Positions 17,802-26,308 of a stretch of DNA of 53,451 nucleotides are shown one piece after another. A program made the position numbers and the translations under genes. Position 1 is the first letter of the stretch, and every line of letters starts with the position of its first letter. The stretch lies in the NCBI GenBank assembly GCA_964475885.1, contig CAYYYD010000002.1, positions 1 through 53,451 of the forward strand, read 5' to 3'. The DNA comes from an uncultured Christensenella sp. (GTDB lineage Bacteria > Bacillota > Clostridia > Christensenellales > Borkfalkiaceae). The notes below the pieces were generated by a model. That model was given only the letters and a program-made list of their open reading frames with translations, was not told the origin of the DNA and did no database searches.

Positions 17802-19085
17802 TTAAATGTTTTCTAGTGCTTGTTTTAAGTCTTCTATCAAGTCGTCTGCCGACTCTATACCGCAAGAATACCTAATAAGCGTGGGCGTAATGCCTGCGGC
17901 GGTAAGTTGTTCGTCGGTCATTTGACGGTGCGTTGCGCTTGCAGGATGCAAACAGCAGGTGCGCGCGTCGGCAACGTGCGTTTCTATTGCGGCAACCTTT
18001 AAGTTTTTCATAAACTTTTCGGCGTCTTTTCTCGTGCCTTTAAGCGAAAAAGCCAATACACCGCAAGAGCCGTTAGGAAGGTACTTTTGACCTAGCGTAT
18101 AGTATTTGTCTGTGGGAAGTCCGCAATACCTAACCCAATCTACCTTTTCGTGCGAATTCAAAAATTCTGCTACCTTTTGTGCATTTTCGCAGTGGCGTGG
18201 CATTCTTACGTGCAAACTTTCTAGACCTAAGTTTACGTAATAAGCGTTTTGCGGAGATTGGATAGAACCGAAATCTCTCATTAACTGGGCAGTAGCCTTA
18301 GTTATGTAAGCGCCTTCTAAACCGAACTTGTCTACATAAACTATACCGTGATAACTGTCGTCGGGCGTGCAAAGTCCGGGGTACTTGTCGGCATACTTTT
18401 TCCAATCGAATTTACCCGAGTCTATTATGGCACCGCCTACACCCGAGCCGTGCCCGTCTATGTACTTGGTGGTAGAATGCGTTACTATGTCTGCACCCCA
18501 TTCGATAGGTCTGCAATTTATAGGCGTAGCAAAAGTATTGTCTACTATCAACGGAACGCCGTGCTTATGCGCGACCTTAGCAAAAAGTTCTATGTCTAAA
18601 ACAGAACAAGCGGGGTTTGCAATCGTTTCGCCGAAAACCGCCTTAGTGTTAGGTCTGAAATATTTATCTAATTCTTCTTCGGTACTATCGGGAGAAACGA
18701 AGGTAAAATCTATACCCATCTTTTTCATCGTAACGGCAAAAAGATTAAACGTTCCGCCGTAAATGGTAGAACTTGCTATAACATGGTCTCCGCAGTTGGC
18801 AATGTTAAAAATCGCATAAAAGTTTGCCGCCTGCCCCGACGAAGTAAGCATACCTGCCGAACCGCCTTCTAGTTGAGCCAAACGTGTGGCAACGTAGTCG
18901 TTAGTAGGGTTTTGAAGTCTGGTATAAAAATAACCGCTTGCTTCTAAATCGAAAAGTTTACCCATATCTTCGCTGGTATCGTACTTAAACGTGGTGCTTT
19001 GATAAATAGGAATTTGTCTTGGTTCGCCGTTCTTGGGGGTATAACCGCCCTGAACACAAATCGTTTCAAGTCTTTTCTTGCTCAT
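17802..19085 (-). CDS. metY: O-acetylhomoserine aminocarboxypropyltransferase (sulfhydrylase)
   Basis: 427 aa; Cys/Met-metabolism PLP enzyme with PLP-lysine motif HSTTKYIDGHG. Confidence 0.88.
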   Translation of the reverse strand: MSKKRLETICVQGGYTPKNGEPRQIPIYQSTTFKYDTSEDMGKLFDLEASGYFYTRLQNPTNDYVATRLAQLEGGSAGMLTSSGQAANFYAIFNIANCGDHVIASSTIYGGTFNLFAVTMKKMGIDFTFVSPDSTEEELDKYFRPNTKAVFGETIANPACSVLDIELFAKVAHKHGVPLIVDNTFATPINCRPIEWGADIVTHSTTKYIDGHGSGVGGAIIDSGKFDWKKYADKYPGLCTPDDSYHGIVYVDKFGLEGAYITKATAQLMRDFGSIQSPQNAYYVNLGLESLHVRMPRHCENAQKVAEFLNSHEKVDWVRYCGLPTDKYYTLGQKYLPNGSCGVLAFSLKGTRKDAEKFMKNLKVAAIETHVADARTCCLHPASATHRQMTDEQLTAAGITPTLIRYSCGIESADDLIEDLKQALENI

Positions 19086-19099
19086 ATCTGTCTCCTTTT

Positions 19100-19555
19100 C
19101 TACTTATAATTTTTTATTTCACGCTCTGTTTGGCGTTTAATATCGTTTTCCATAGTCGTCTTTTTCTTGTCGTAAACGTGCTTGCCCTGGCAAAGCCCCA
19201 GCTCCATTTTAATAAGCGCGTCTTTAAAATAAAGTTTTAACGGAACAAGCGTAAGCCCTTTTTGGTTTACCTTAGACGACAGTTTAACAAGTTCCGATTT
19301 ATGAACTAAAAGTTTTCTGTCGCGTTTAGCATTTTTGGTATTGAACGCGCCCGCCTTGTCGTAGGTCGCTATGTGCATATTTTTAACGAATAACTCGCCC
19401 GAAGACACCAAACAAAAACTATCTTTTAAATTGACGTTTTTAAGCCTTACCGATTTAACTTCGCCACCGTCTAAAACGATGCCTGCTTCTATGCGGTCTA
19501 ACACGAAGTATTCGTGCGTGGCGGATTTGTTTACGCAAATTACTTTTTCTTCCAT
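19100..19555 (-). CDS. smpB: SsrA-binding protein SmpB
   Basis: 151 aa; NKSATHEYFV...IEAGIVL.GGEVKS opening and RKLLVHKSEL motif. Confidence 0.92.
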   Translation of the reverse strand: MEEKVICVNKSATHEYFVLDRIEAGIVLDGGEVKSVRLKNVNLKDSFCLVSSGELFVKNMHIATYDKAGAFNTKNAKRDRKLLVHKSELVKLSSKVNQKGLTLVPLKLYFKDALIKMELGLCQGKHVYDKKKTTMENDIKRQTEREIKNYK

Positions 19556-19608
19556 TTTCTTTAAAAATTATTATACTACTTTAATAACCCCATTGCAACT
19601 GATTTTTT

Positions 19609-21507
19609 TTATTCGCATAACAAAAATTCAGCGCGTCTGCAAGCCGTATCTACGCCGACAACGGCTATCTTTATTCTGTTGCCCAGTCTAAACGTTTTGT
19701 CTCCGTCGGTAAGCGTGTACGTCTTTTTATTAAATGTATACCCTTCGCCCGACAGGTTTTCTAGTTTTATTAACCCTTCTATACCGTTGTCGAGTTCGGC
19801 AAACACGCCGAACTGCGTTACTCCGCTTATCGTCGCTTCGAACTCTTGACCTATATAGTCTTTTATATACAGCATTTTATAGTAGTCGTCTACCGCGCGT
19901 TCTACTTCGATTGCGTTTCTTTCTTTTTCGGAAGACTGCGCCGAAGCGCGAACGACGAAATCAGAATACTTATCGTAAATACCAGTATCGCCTTTTATAA
20001 AGTCTTTTAAAATTCTATGCACTATTAGGTCTGGGTAGCGCCTTATGGGTGAAGTAAAGTGGCAGTAGTTTTTAAGCGCAAGCCCGAAGTGACCGCTGTT
20101 CTTTTCTAAATACTTGGCTTTTTGCATAGACCTAAGCATTACCCTGTTTACGGTAACGAAATAGTCTTTTTCTTTAACGTCGTCTAGTATTAACTGAAAG
20201 TCTTTTGGGTATACCTGCTCTTTTTTACGCTTTACCTTTACGCCCAACCCTTCTAAAAAAGCGTAAAAGTCTTTAAGCTTTTCTTGGTCGGGCTTTTCGT
20301 GTACGCGGTAAATAAAAGGAAGTTCCGAATAATACGCAAACTCCGCAACGGTGGTGTTTGCCAAAATCATAAACTCTTCTATTAAATTGTGCGCCCTGTC
20401 CGATTCTTGCGCGCTTACATCGATTTTTCCGTTTGCGTCTACTACTATAACGCTTTCTTTAACGTCTAAATCCACGCTACCTTCTTTACGCCTTTTTTCT
20501 TGCAGAATTCCACGCAGTTCGCCCATAACTAAAAGGCTGTCGCACACGTCTTCGTAACGCTTGCGCAAACTCTTGTCGCCGTCTAAAATTTTTTGAACGA
20601 CAGAATAAGTAAGCCTTTTCTTGCTTTTAATAACCGACTCTCGTATTTGATAATCTAAAACCTTCCCTTTGTCGTTTACCGTCATTATGCACGACAGAGT
20701 AAGTCTGTCGGTATTTTCTTTTAGCGAACACAAGTCGTTAGACAAATGTTCGGGTAGCATAGGAATTACGCTTTCGGGGAAATACACGCTGGTTGCACGC
20801 GAAAAGGCTTCTTTGTCTATAACGTCGCCCTGCCTTACGTAATGCGTTACGTCGGCGATATGAACGCCCAAAACATAATTTCCGTCTTGTGTTTTTTCTA
20901 TGGACACGGCGTCGTCGAAATCCTTAGAATCTTCGCCGTCAACGGTAAAGCAAACGGTGTTACGCAAGTCAAGTCTGCCCTTTATGTCGTTTTCGCCGAC
21001 TTCAGAAAGTCTTTCCGAAAAAGCAGTTACTTCGTCAGAAAACCCTTCGGGTAAGCGATAGTTAAATAGTATAGATTTTAGTTCGGCAGATTTAGAAAAA
21101 CTTTTGCCTAAAACCTTTGTAACTATCCCTTCGGGGCTTAGTTTTTTGGGGTACGCCAAAATTTTGCAGATAACCTTATCTCCGTTTTTCGACTTTGTGC
21201 CACTGCCCTGACGAATGAATATATCTGTAAAATAACGCTTATCGTCGGGCACCACGAAACCGCCCGAGCGTGAAGTACGGTATGTACCTACCAACGATTT
21301 TACTCCGCGTTCTAATATTTTAAGTACCCTTGCGGTTGTTCTTGCGCCCGTACCCGAAGTCGCTTCGCACAAAACCGTGTCGCCGTGCTGTGCGCCCCTT
21401 AAATCGCCGTGCGAAATAAAATAGTCGACTTGTTTGTTTTCGGCAATCAAAAACCCGTATCCGCGTTCGTTACCCTGAATTGTTCCTTTTATAATTTCTC
21501 TTTTCAT
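19609..21507 (-). CDS. rnr: ribonuclease R (RNB family 3'-5' exoribonuclease)
   Basis: CSD-like N-terminus, RNB motif DFDDAVS, C-terminal S1 domain. Start moved to ATG 21507 (MKREIIKG) because the ORF extension overlaps secG. Confidence 0.88.
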   Translation of the reverse strand: MKREIIKGTIQGNERGYGFLIAENKQVDYFISHGDLRGAQHGDTVLCEATSGTGARTTARVLKILERGVKSLVGTYRTSRSGGFVVPDDKRYFTDIFIRQGSGTKSKNGDKVICKILAYPKKLSPEGIVTKVLGKSFSKSAELKSILFNYRLPEGFSDEVTAFSERLSEVGENDIKGRLDLRNTVCFTVDGEDSKDFDDAVSIEKTQDGNYVLGVHIADVTHYVRQGDVIDKEAFSRATSVYFPESVIPMLPEHLSNDLCSLKENTDRLTLSCIMTVNDKGKVLDYQIRESVIKSKKRLTYSVVQKILDGDKSLRKRYEDVCDSLLVMGELRGILQEKRRKEGSVDLDVKESVIVVDANGKIDVSAQESDRAHNLIEEFMILANTTVAEFAYYSELPFIYRVHEKPDQEKLKDFYAFLEGLGVKVKRKKEQVYPKDFQLILDDVKEKDYFVTVNRVMLRSMQKAKYLEKNSGHFGLALKNYCHFTSPIRRYPDLIVHRILKDFIKGDTGIYDKYSDFVVRASAQSSEKERNAIEVERAVDDYYKMLYIKDYIGQEFEATISGVTQFGVFAELDNGIEGLIKLENLSGEGYTFNKKTYTLTDGDKTFRLGNRIKIAVVGVDTACRRAEFLLCE

Positions 21508-21563
21508 ATAAAATAAAAAACGACGTATCCGATAAGGAAACGCCGTTCGTAAACTTAAAAAAA

Positions 21564-21863
21564 TTAAAGACTTGCAAGCATTGCGACAACCGCAAACGCT
21601 ATACACAAAACCGCAAAAACGATACCGCTGATTACGGTAAGTTTCTTCATTTTATGTTCGAAAGTCTTGCTTTTATTTTTACCTAAAAACGTTTCCGTTT
21701 GCCCGCCGAGAGCACCTACGCCCTGCGAGTTACCGGGTTGAAACAATACTACGCAAATAATAAATAAAGCGCAAAGCGTCATAACTACCAAGGCAACGAT
21801 TTTAATAACCGGCCATATGTTCCAAAAGCCACCTGTTGCTAAAAGCATATTTAACATACTCAT
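21564..21863 (-). CDS. secG: preprotein translocase subunit SecG
   Basis: About 99 aa, two TM segments, FQPGNSQGVGALGG motif. GGAGA SD precedes ATG 21863. Confidence 0.8.
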   Translation of the reverse strand: MSMLNMLLATGGFWNIWPVIKIVALVVMTLCALFIICVVLFQPGNSQGVGALGGQTETFLGKNKSKTFEHKMKKLTVISGIVFAVLCIAFAVVAMLASL

Positions 21864-21912
21864 TTTATTCTCCAATAGCAATAAATTGCATTATTTTTGT
21901 CTAACGTAGGTT

Positions 21913-21941
21913 ATTGTAACACATAAAAGCGTTTTTTTCAA
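21913..21941 (-). promoter_or_regulatory. sigma-A-type promoter for secG
   Basis: Minus strand reads TTGAAA (21941-21936), 17 nt, TACAAT (21918-21913). Confidence 0.5.
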
Positions 21942-22069
21942 CTGTTTTAAATAACTTTTTTGTTATTTTTAACCTTTGCGTTTAGTCTAACCGCCAAAAG
22001 GCGGTATATCGTTTTACCGCAACCCCTTTAACGATAACGGCGTTTACGGGCGTTACTGCTTTTATAATT

Positions 22070-23641
22070 TTATTTAATCAAAGATTTTCCCGTCATTTGT
22101 TCGGGAATTTCTAAGCCCATCAAATCTAAAAGCGTGGGCGCTATGTCGCATAACTTCCCGTCGTCTTTAAGCGTTTTGCCTTTTAATGCGGGGTCAACAA
22201 CGATAAGCGGAACGGGGTTTGTGGTATGCGCGGTAAAGGGCGAACCGTCGATGTCTACCATTTTGTCGGCATTGCCGTGGTCTGCGGTAACAATCGCCAC
22301 ACCGCCAAGTTCTAAAATTTTATCTACAACCTTTTTAACGCATTCGTCAACCGTCTTAACGGCTTTTACCGCCGCATCGAAAACGCCCGTATGCCCTACC
22401 ATATCGCAGTTTGCGAAGTTAAGAATCATAACATCGTACTTACCCGTATCTAGTTCTTTAATAGCCCTTTCGGTAACTTCGTAAGCGCTCATTTCGGGTT
22501 TTAGGTCGTAGGTCGCAACCTTGGGCGAAGGTATAACTATTCTGGTTTCGCCGTCTACGGGCGCTTCTAGTTTAGCGTTAAAAAAGAAAGTTACGTGCGC
22601 GTACTTTTCTGTTTCGGCGATATGCAACTGCGTCATACCCTTTTTTGCAAGATATTGCGGTAACGTGTTTTGAATTTCTTCGGGCGGGAATGCGACGTTT
22701 ACGTTTTTAAAACTTGCGTCGTAAACGGCAAAGCCTGTGTACACGGGCGACAAAAATCCCGTTTTACGCTCGAAGTACATTTGCTTGCCCTTTTCCGAAT
22801 CGACGTACGGTGTAAATTCTTCTTGCGAAAGTGCGCGTGTAATTTGCCTTGCCCTGTCCGGACGGAAATTAAAAAATATAACCGAGTCGCCTTTTTCTAT
22901 TAAAGCGACGGGCTTTCCGTTTTCTACGATATTTGTCGGAAGCATAAACTCGTCGGTAACGCCTGCCGAATAACTGTCGCGTATTGCTTTAACGGGGTCG
23001 GTAGCAATGTTTTCCGCACCGACGGTCAGCATATCGTAAGCCTTTAACGTTCTGTCCCAGTTGTTGTCTCTGTCCATAACGTAGTATCTACCGCAAACCG
23101 AAGCGATTTTACCGTAACCGATTTTGTTTATATAATCTGTAAGTTCTTGCATATACTCTGCGCCCGAAGTAGGCGGAGTATCTCTGCCGTCTAAAAAGCA
23201 GTGAACATACGTTTCTTTAACGCCTTTTTTCTTTGCAAGGTCTAAAAGCGCAAACAAGTGAGTGATATGCGAGTGAACGCCACCGGTAGACAACAAGCCG
23301 TAAAGATGAAGTTTTTTGTCGTTTTCTACGGCGTTGTCGACCGCTTTAAGCAAGGCTTTATTTGAAAAGAAATCGCCGTCGGTAATGCTTTTGGTAATTT
23401 TGGTTAAGTCTTGATAAACTATTCTGCCTGCGCCGATATTCAAATGCCCGACTTCAGAGTTACCCATTTGTCCGTCGGGAAGCCCTACATCCATACCGCT
23501 TGCGCCGATGTAGGTCGAAGGGTATTCTTTCATAAGGCGATTTACGTTTACGCTGTCTGCCGACTTTACGGCGTTTCCGACCGTTTCGGCGTTATAGCCG
23601 TAACCGTCCATAATAATTATACAATTAGGTCTTTTTTTCAT
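22070..23641 (-). CDS. gpmI: 2,3-bisphosphoglycerate-independent phosphoglycerate mutase
   Basis: Catalytic-Ser motif GNSEVGHLNIGAGR and ADHGNA. GGAAAGG SD precedes ATG 23641 (the ORF extends to 23668). Confidence 0.92.
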   Translation of the reverse strand: MKKRPNCIIIMDGYGYNAETVGNAVKSADSVNVNRLMKEYPSTYIGASGMDVGLPDGQMGNSEVGHLNIGAGRIVYQDLTKITKSITDGDFFSNKALLKAVDNAVENDKKLHLYGLLSTGGVHSHITHLFALLDLAKKKGVKETYVHCFLDGRDTPPTSGAEYMQELTDYINKIGYGKIASVCGRYYVMDRDNNWDRTLKAYDMLTVGAENIATDPVKAIRDSYSAGVTDEFMLPTNIVENGKPVALIEKGDSVIFFNFRPDRARQITRALSQEEFTPYVDSEKGKQMYFERKTGFLSPVYTGFAVYDASFKNVNVAFPPEEIQNTLPQYLAKKGMTQLHIAETEKYAHVTFFFNAKLEAPVDGETRIVIPSPKVATYDLKPEMSAYEVTERAIKELDTGKYDVMILNFANCDMVGHTGVFDAAVKAVKTVDECVKKVVDKILELGGVAIVTADHGNADKMVDIDGSPFTAHTTNPVPLIVVDPALKGKTLKDDGKLCDIAPTLLDLMGLEIPEQMTGKSLIK

Positions 23642-23704
23642 AATATTCCTTTCCCGAATAAAAGGCACAAAAAAATTGTGCCTTTTAATAATTTTTATTT
23701 AATA

Positions 23705-24457
23705 TTAGCCTTTGTAGTTTACGATAGAAGCAAAGTCTTCTGCCTTTAACGAAGCACCGCCAATAAGTCCGCCGTCGATGTTTCTCATTGCCATAAGTTC
23801 TTTTGCGTTAGAAGGTTTCATACTTCCGCCGTACTGAATACGAAGTGCCTTTGCGACTTCCGCACCCCAAGTCTTTTTAACAAGGCTTCTGATAAAGCCG
23901 ATGGTCTTGTTAGCGTCTTCGGCGGTTGCGGTTTTGCCCGTACCGATTGCCCAAACGGGTTCGTATGCGATAACGATAGAAGCAAAATCTTCTGCCGTAA
24001 TATCTTTAAACCCTTCTAATACTTGTTTCTTTAATACCTTTTTGGTTCTGTTCTTTTCGCGTTCGGTTAAAGTTTCGCCTACGCAAACTATGGGCTTTAA
24101 GCCGTTTTTGATTGCTTGTTTAAGTCTTAAATTAACGCTTTCGTCGGTTTCGCCGAAATACTGTCTTCTTTCGCTGTGTCCGATAATTACGTATTCAACG
24201 CCGATTTCCTTTAACATTTCGGCAGAAATTTCACCGGTAAAAGCACCGCTGTCTGCCCATGCGACGTTTTCTGCGCCGAGTTTTATTTTGGTTCCTTTGA
24301 CACACTTTTTAGCAGTCCATAAATCGGTGTAAGGTACACAGATTACGACTTCGGGCTTAGATTTAGCCACTAAGGGTTTTAATTCGTTGATAAGCGCTTC
24401 CGCCTGAGAGGCGGTCTTATTCATTTTCCAGTTGCCAGCAATAATAGGTTTTCTCAT
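23705..24457 (-). CDS. tpiA: triose-phosphate isomerase
   Basis: 250 aa; motifs IIGHSERR and AYEPVWAIGTGKTA. Confidence 0.95.
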   Translation of the reverse strand: MRKPIIAGNWKMNKTASQAEALINELKPLVAKSKPEVVICVPYTDLWTAKKCVKGTKIKLGAENVAWADSGAFTGEISAEMLKEIGVEYVIIGHSERRQYFGETDESVNLRLKQAIKNGLKPIVCVGETLTEREKNRTKKVLKKQVLEGFKDITAEDFASIVIAYEPVWAIGTGKTATAEDANKTIGFIRSLVKKTWGAEVAKALRIQYGGSMKPSNAKELMAMRNIDGGLIGGASLKAEDFASIVNYKG

Positions 24458-24477
24458 TTCGTTATCTCCGTTTAAAA

Positions 24478-24891
24478 TTATTTTTGTTTTACTATTTTTA
24501 CCGTTTCTACGGTGTTTTTGTTTACGTAAAAAGTTTCTACGGCTTTTTTTCTGTCTTTTTCTAAAATCAAAAAATCCCCGTCTATGCTTTTTACTACGCC
24601 CGAAATGTTATCGTCGAGCGTTCTTATTTCTACGTTTTTACCGAGTAACCCGGTAAGACTTCCTTCTAACATTTCGTTCTCCCCTAGCGCGTTTATTAAA
24701 AACCAAGCGTTTCTTTTAGTCTTTTTCGTACGAACTATATCTGCGTCGAACAAGAGTTCTGCCACTAAAATAAACCAAAACCAATCGTCCGTCAAAACGC
24801 CTGCATACTCTAAATAAACGCCGATACACAAACAAGCCATAAGCAAAATCGCCAAAGCGATTTTAAGGTTCTTGTTTTTAACCGTTACCAT
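24478..24891 (-). CDS. hypothetical small membrane protein (no family recognised)
   Basis: This 137-aa ORF fills the whole pgk-tpiA gap: 1 nt after the pgk stop and 20 nt before the tpiA start. Hydrophobic segments IALAILLMACLCIGVYL and WFWFILVAELLF are followed by a ~70-aa soluble domain. There is no clear SD. Confidence 0.6.
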   Translation of the reverse strand: MVTVKNKNLKIALAILLMACLCIGVYLEYAGVLTDDWFWFILVAELLFDADIVRTKKTKRNAWFLINALGENEMLEGSLTGLLGKNVEIRTLDDNISGVVKSIDGDFLILEKDRKKAVETFYVNKNTVETVKIVKQK

Positions 24892-24892
24892 T

Positions 24893-26206
24893 TTAGTCTT
24901 TGTCGTTTAAACATTCGATACCGGGTAACTTTTTACCTTCGAAAAGTTCTAGCGAAGCACCGCCACCGGTAGAAATATGAGTCATTTTGTCGGCAAAGCC
25001 TAACTGAGCGACTGCGGCCGCAGAATCTCCACCGCCGATAATGGTGGTTGCGTCTGTTTCTGCAAGGGATTTTGCTACTGCGAAAGTACCCTTTGCGAGT
25101 ACGGGGTTTTCGAACACGCCCATAGGACCGTTCCATATAACCGTTTTTGCGTTCTTTACCGCGTCTGCGTAAATTTCTGCCGTTTTAGAACCGATGTCTA
25201 ACCCGATTTCGTCGGCAGGAATACTGTCTATCGAACATTCGTTGACCGAGATTTCGGCATCTATAGGATTGGGGAATTGTTTAGCCGTAACTACGTCTAC
25301 GGGAAGCAATAGGTTTTTGTTAAGTTGTTCTGCCTTGGCAATCATATTTTTGCAGTATTCGATTTGTTCGTCGTCTACTAGCGAGTTGCCTACTTCGTAA
25401 CCCTTAGCCTTTAAGAAGGTAAACGCCATACCGCCACCTATAATAAGCGTGTCGCATTTTACCAAAAGATTTTCTATAACCTTTAATTTGTCGGCGACCT
25501 TTGCTCCGCCCAAAATAGCAACGAAAGGACGAACGGGGTTTTCTAATGCGTCTGCCATAACCGATAATTCTTTTTCGATAAGGAAACCGCAAACTGCCGT
25601 ATCTACAAAACCGTATTCCGCGATTGCGGCGGTGGTAGCGTGCGAACGATGAGCGGTACCGAAAGCGTCGTTTACATAAATATCGCAATAACTTGCAAGT
25701 TTTTTACATAACGCTTCGTCTCTCTTTTCTTCGCCCTGTTCGAAACGAGTGTTTTCAAGTAAAACGATGTCGCCGTCTTTAAGCGACGCGACAGCCTTGT
25801 CTGCAGAAGCGCCTACTACGTCTTCGGCAAAAGTTACTTTCTTGCCCAATTTTTCGGAAAGTTTTTCCGCAACGGGTCTTAAAGTGAACTTCTCTTTGTC
25901 TTTTAACGCTTTTTTAAGATATTCTGCGGTTGCCGAAGCGCGTTCGTTTTCGGGAAGAGCGTCTACCGCTTTCTTTTCTTTTTTAGTTAAAGAAAAACCT
26001 TCGGTAAAAATGTTATGCGGTTTGCCCATATGCGAGCAAAGTATAACCTTTGCACCGTTGTCTACAAGATATTTGATTGTGGGAAGCGCGCCGTTAATAC
26101 GGTTTTCGTCGGTAATAACGCCGTCTTTCATAGGAACGTTAAAGTCAACCCTGACCAAACACCTTTTGCCCTTGACGTCAATATCTCTTATTGATTTTTT
26201 GTTCAT
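24893..26206 (-). CDS. pgk: phosphoglycerate kinase (with ~40-aa insertion)
   Basis: 437 aa; motifs [16 protein letters not shown] and GGGASLE. Confidence 0.93.
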   Translation of the reverse strand: MNKKSIRDIDVKGKRCLVRVDFNVPMKDGVITDENRINGALPTIKYLVDNGAKVILCSHMGKPHNIFTEGFSLTKKEKKAVDALPENERASATAEYLKKALKDKEKFTLRPVAEKLSEKLGKKVTFAEDVVGASADKAVASLKDGDIVLLENTRFEQGEEKRDEALCKKLASYCDIYVNDAFGTAHRSHATTAAIAEYGFVDTAVCGFLIEKELSVMADALENPVRPFVAILGGAKVADKLKVIENLLVKCDTLIIGGGMAFTFLKAKGYEVGNSLVDDEQIEYCKNMIAKAEQLNKNLLLPVDVVTAKQFPNPIDAEISVNECSIDSIPADEIGLDIGSKTAEIYADAVKNAKTVIWNGPMGVFENPVLAKGTFAVAKSLAETDATTIIGGGDSAAAVAQLGFADKMTHISTGGGASLELFEGKKLPGIECLNDKD

Positions 26207-26251
26207 AAAAACCCTCCGAAAAAAATTGAATTTATTTTATGCTTTCTCGAC

Positions 26252-26280
26252 TATTATATAAATAAATCCGCCGTTTGTCA
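26252..26280 (-). promoter_or_regulatory. consensus sigma-A promoter for pgk operon
   Basis: Minus strand reads TTGACA (26280-26275), 17 nt, TATAAT (26257-26252). Confidence 0.6.
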
Positions 26281-26296
26281 AACATTTTAACGGCGG
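26266..26296 (-). terminator. terminator hairpin after Na/Pi gene
   Basis: TCCGCCGTT / AACGGCGGA 9-bp stem with a 13-nt loop, T-rich downstream on the minus strand. Confidence 0.55.
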
Positions 26297-26308
26297 ACTT
26301 ACGCATAT

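Noticed and set aside
21508-21606. N-terminal ORF extensions of rnr (to 21606), gpmI (to 23668), ddh (to 34385), the zinc-ribbon protein (to 37547), spoIIE (TTG 34546) and the BY-kinase (8317).
   Set aside because: The extensions overlap upstream genes or lack an SD. Internal ATGs coincide with conserved N-termini (MKREIIKG, MKKRPNCIIIMDG, MIKVAIVGFGN) and have good SDs.
21942-22069. GC-rich hairpin ACCGCC-AAAA-GGCGGT and ACGGCGTT/ACGGGCGTT repeats in the gpmI-secG spacer, as a possible ncRNA or terminator.
   Set aside because: There is no U tract after the stem and no match to any known element. It is most simply a weak terminator or attenuator between gpmI and the secG promoter.
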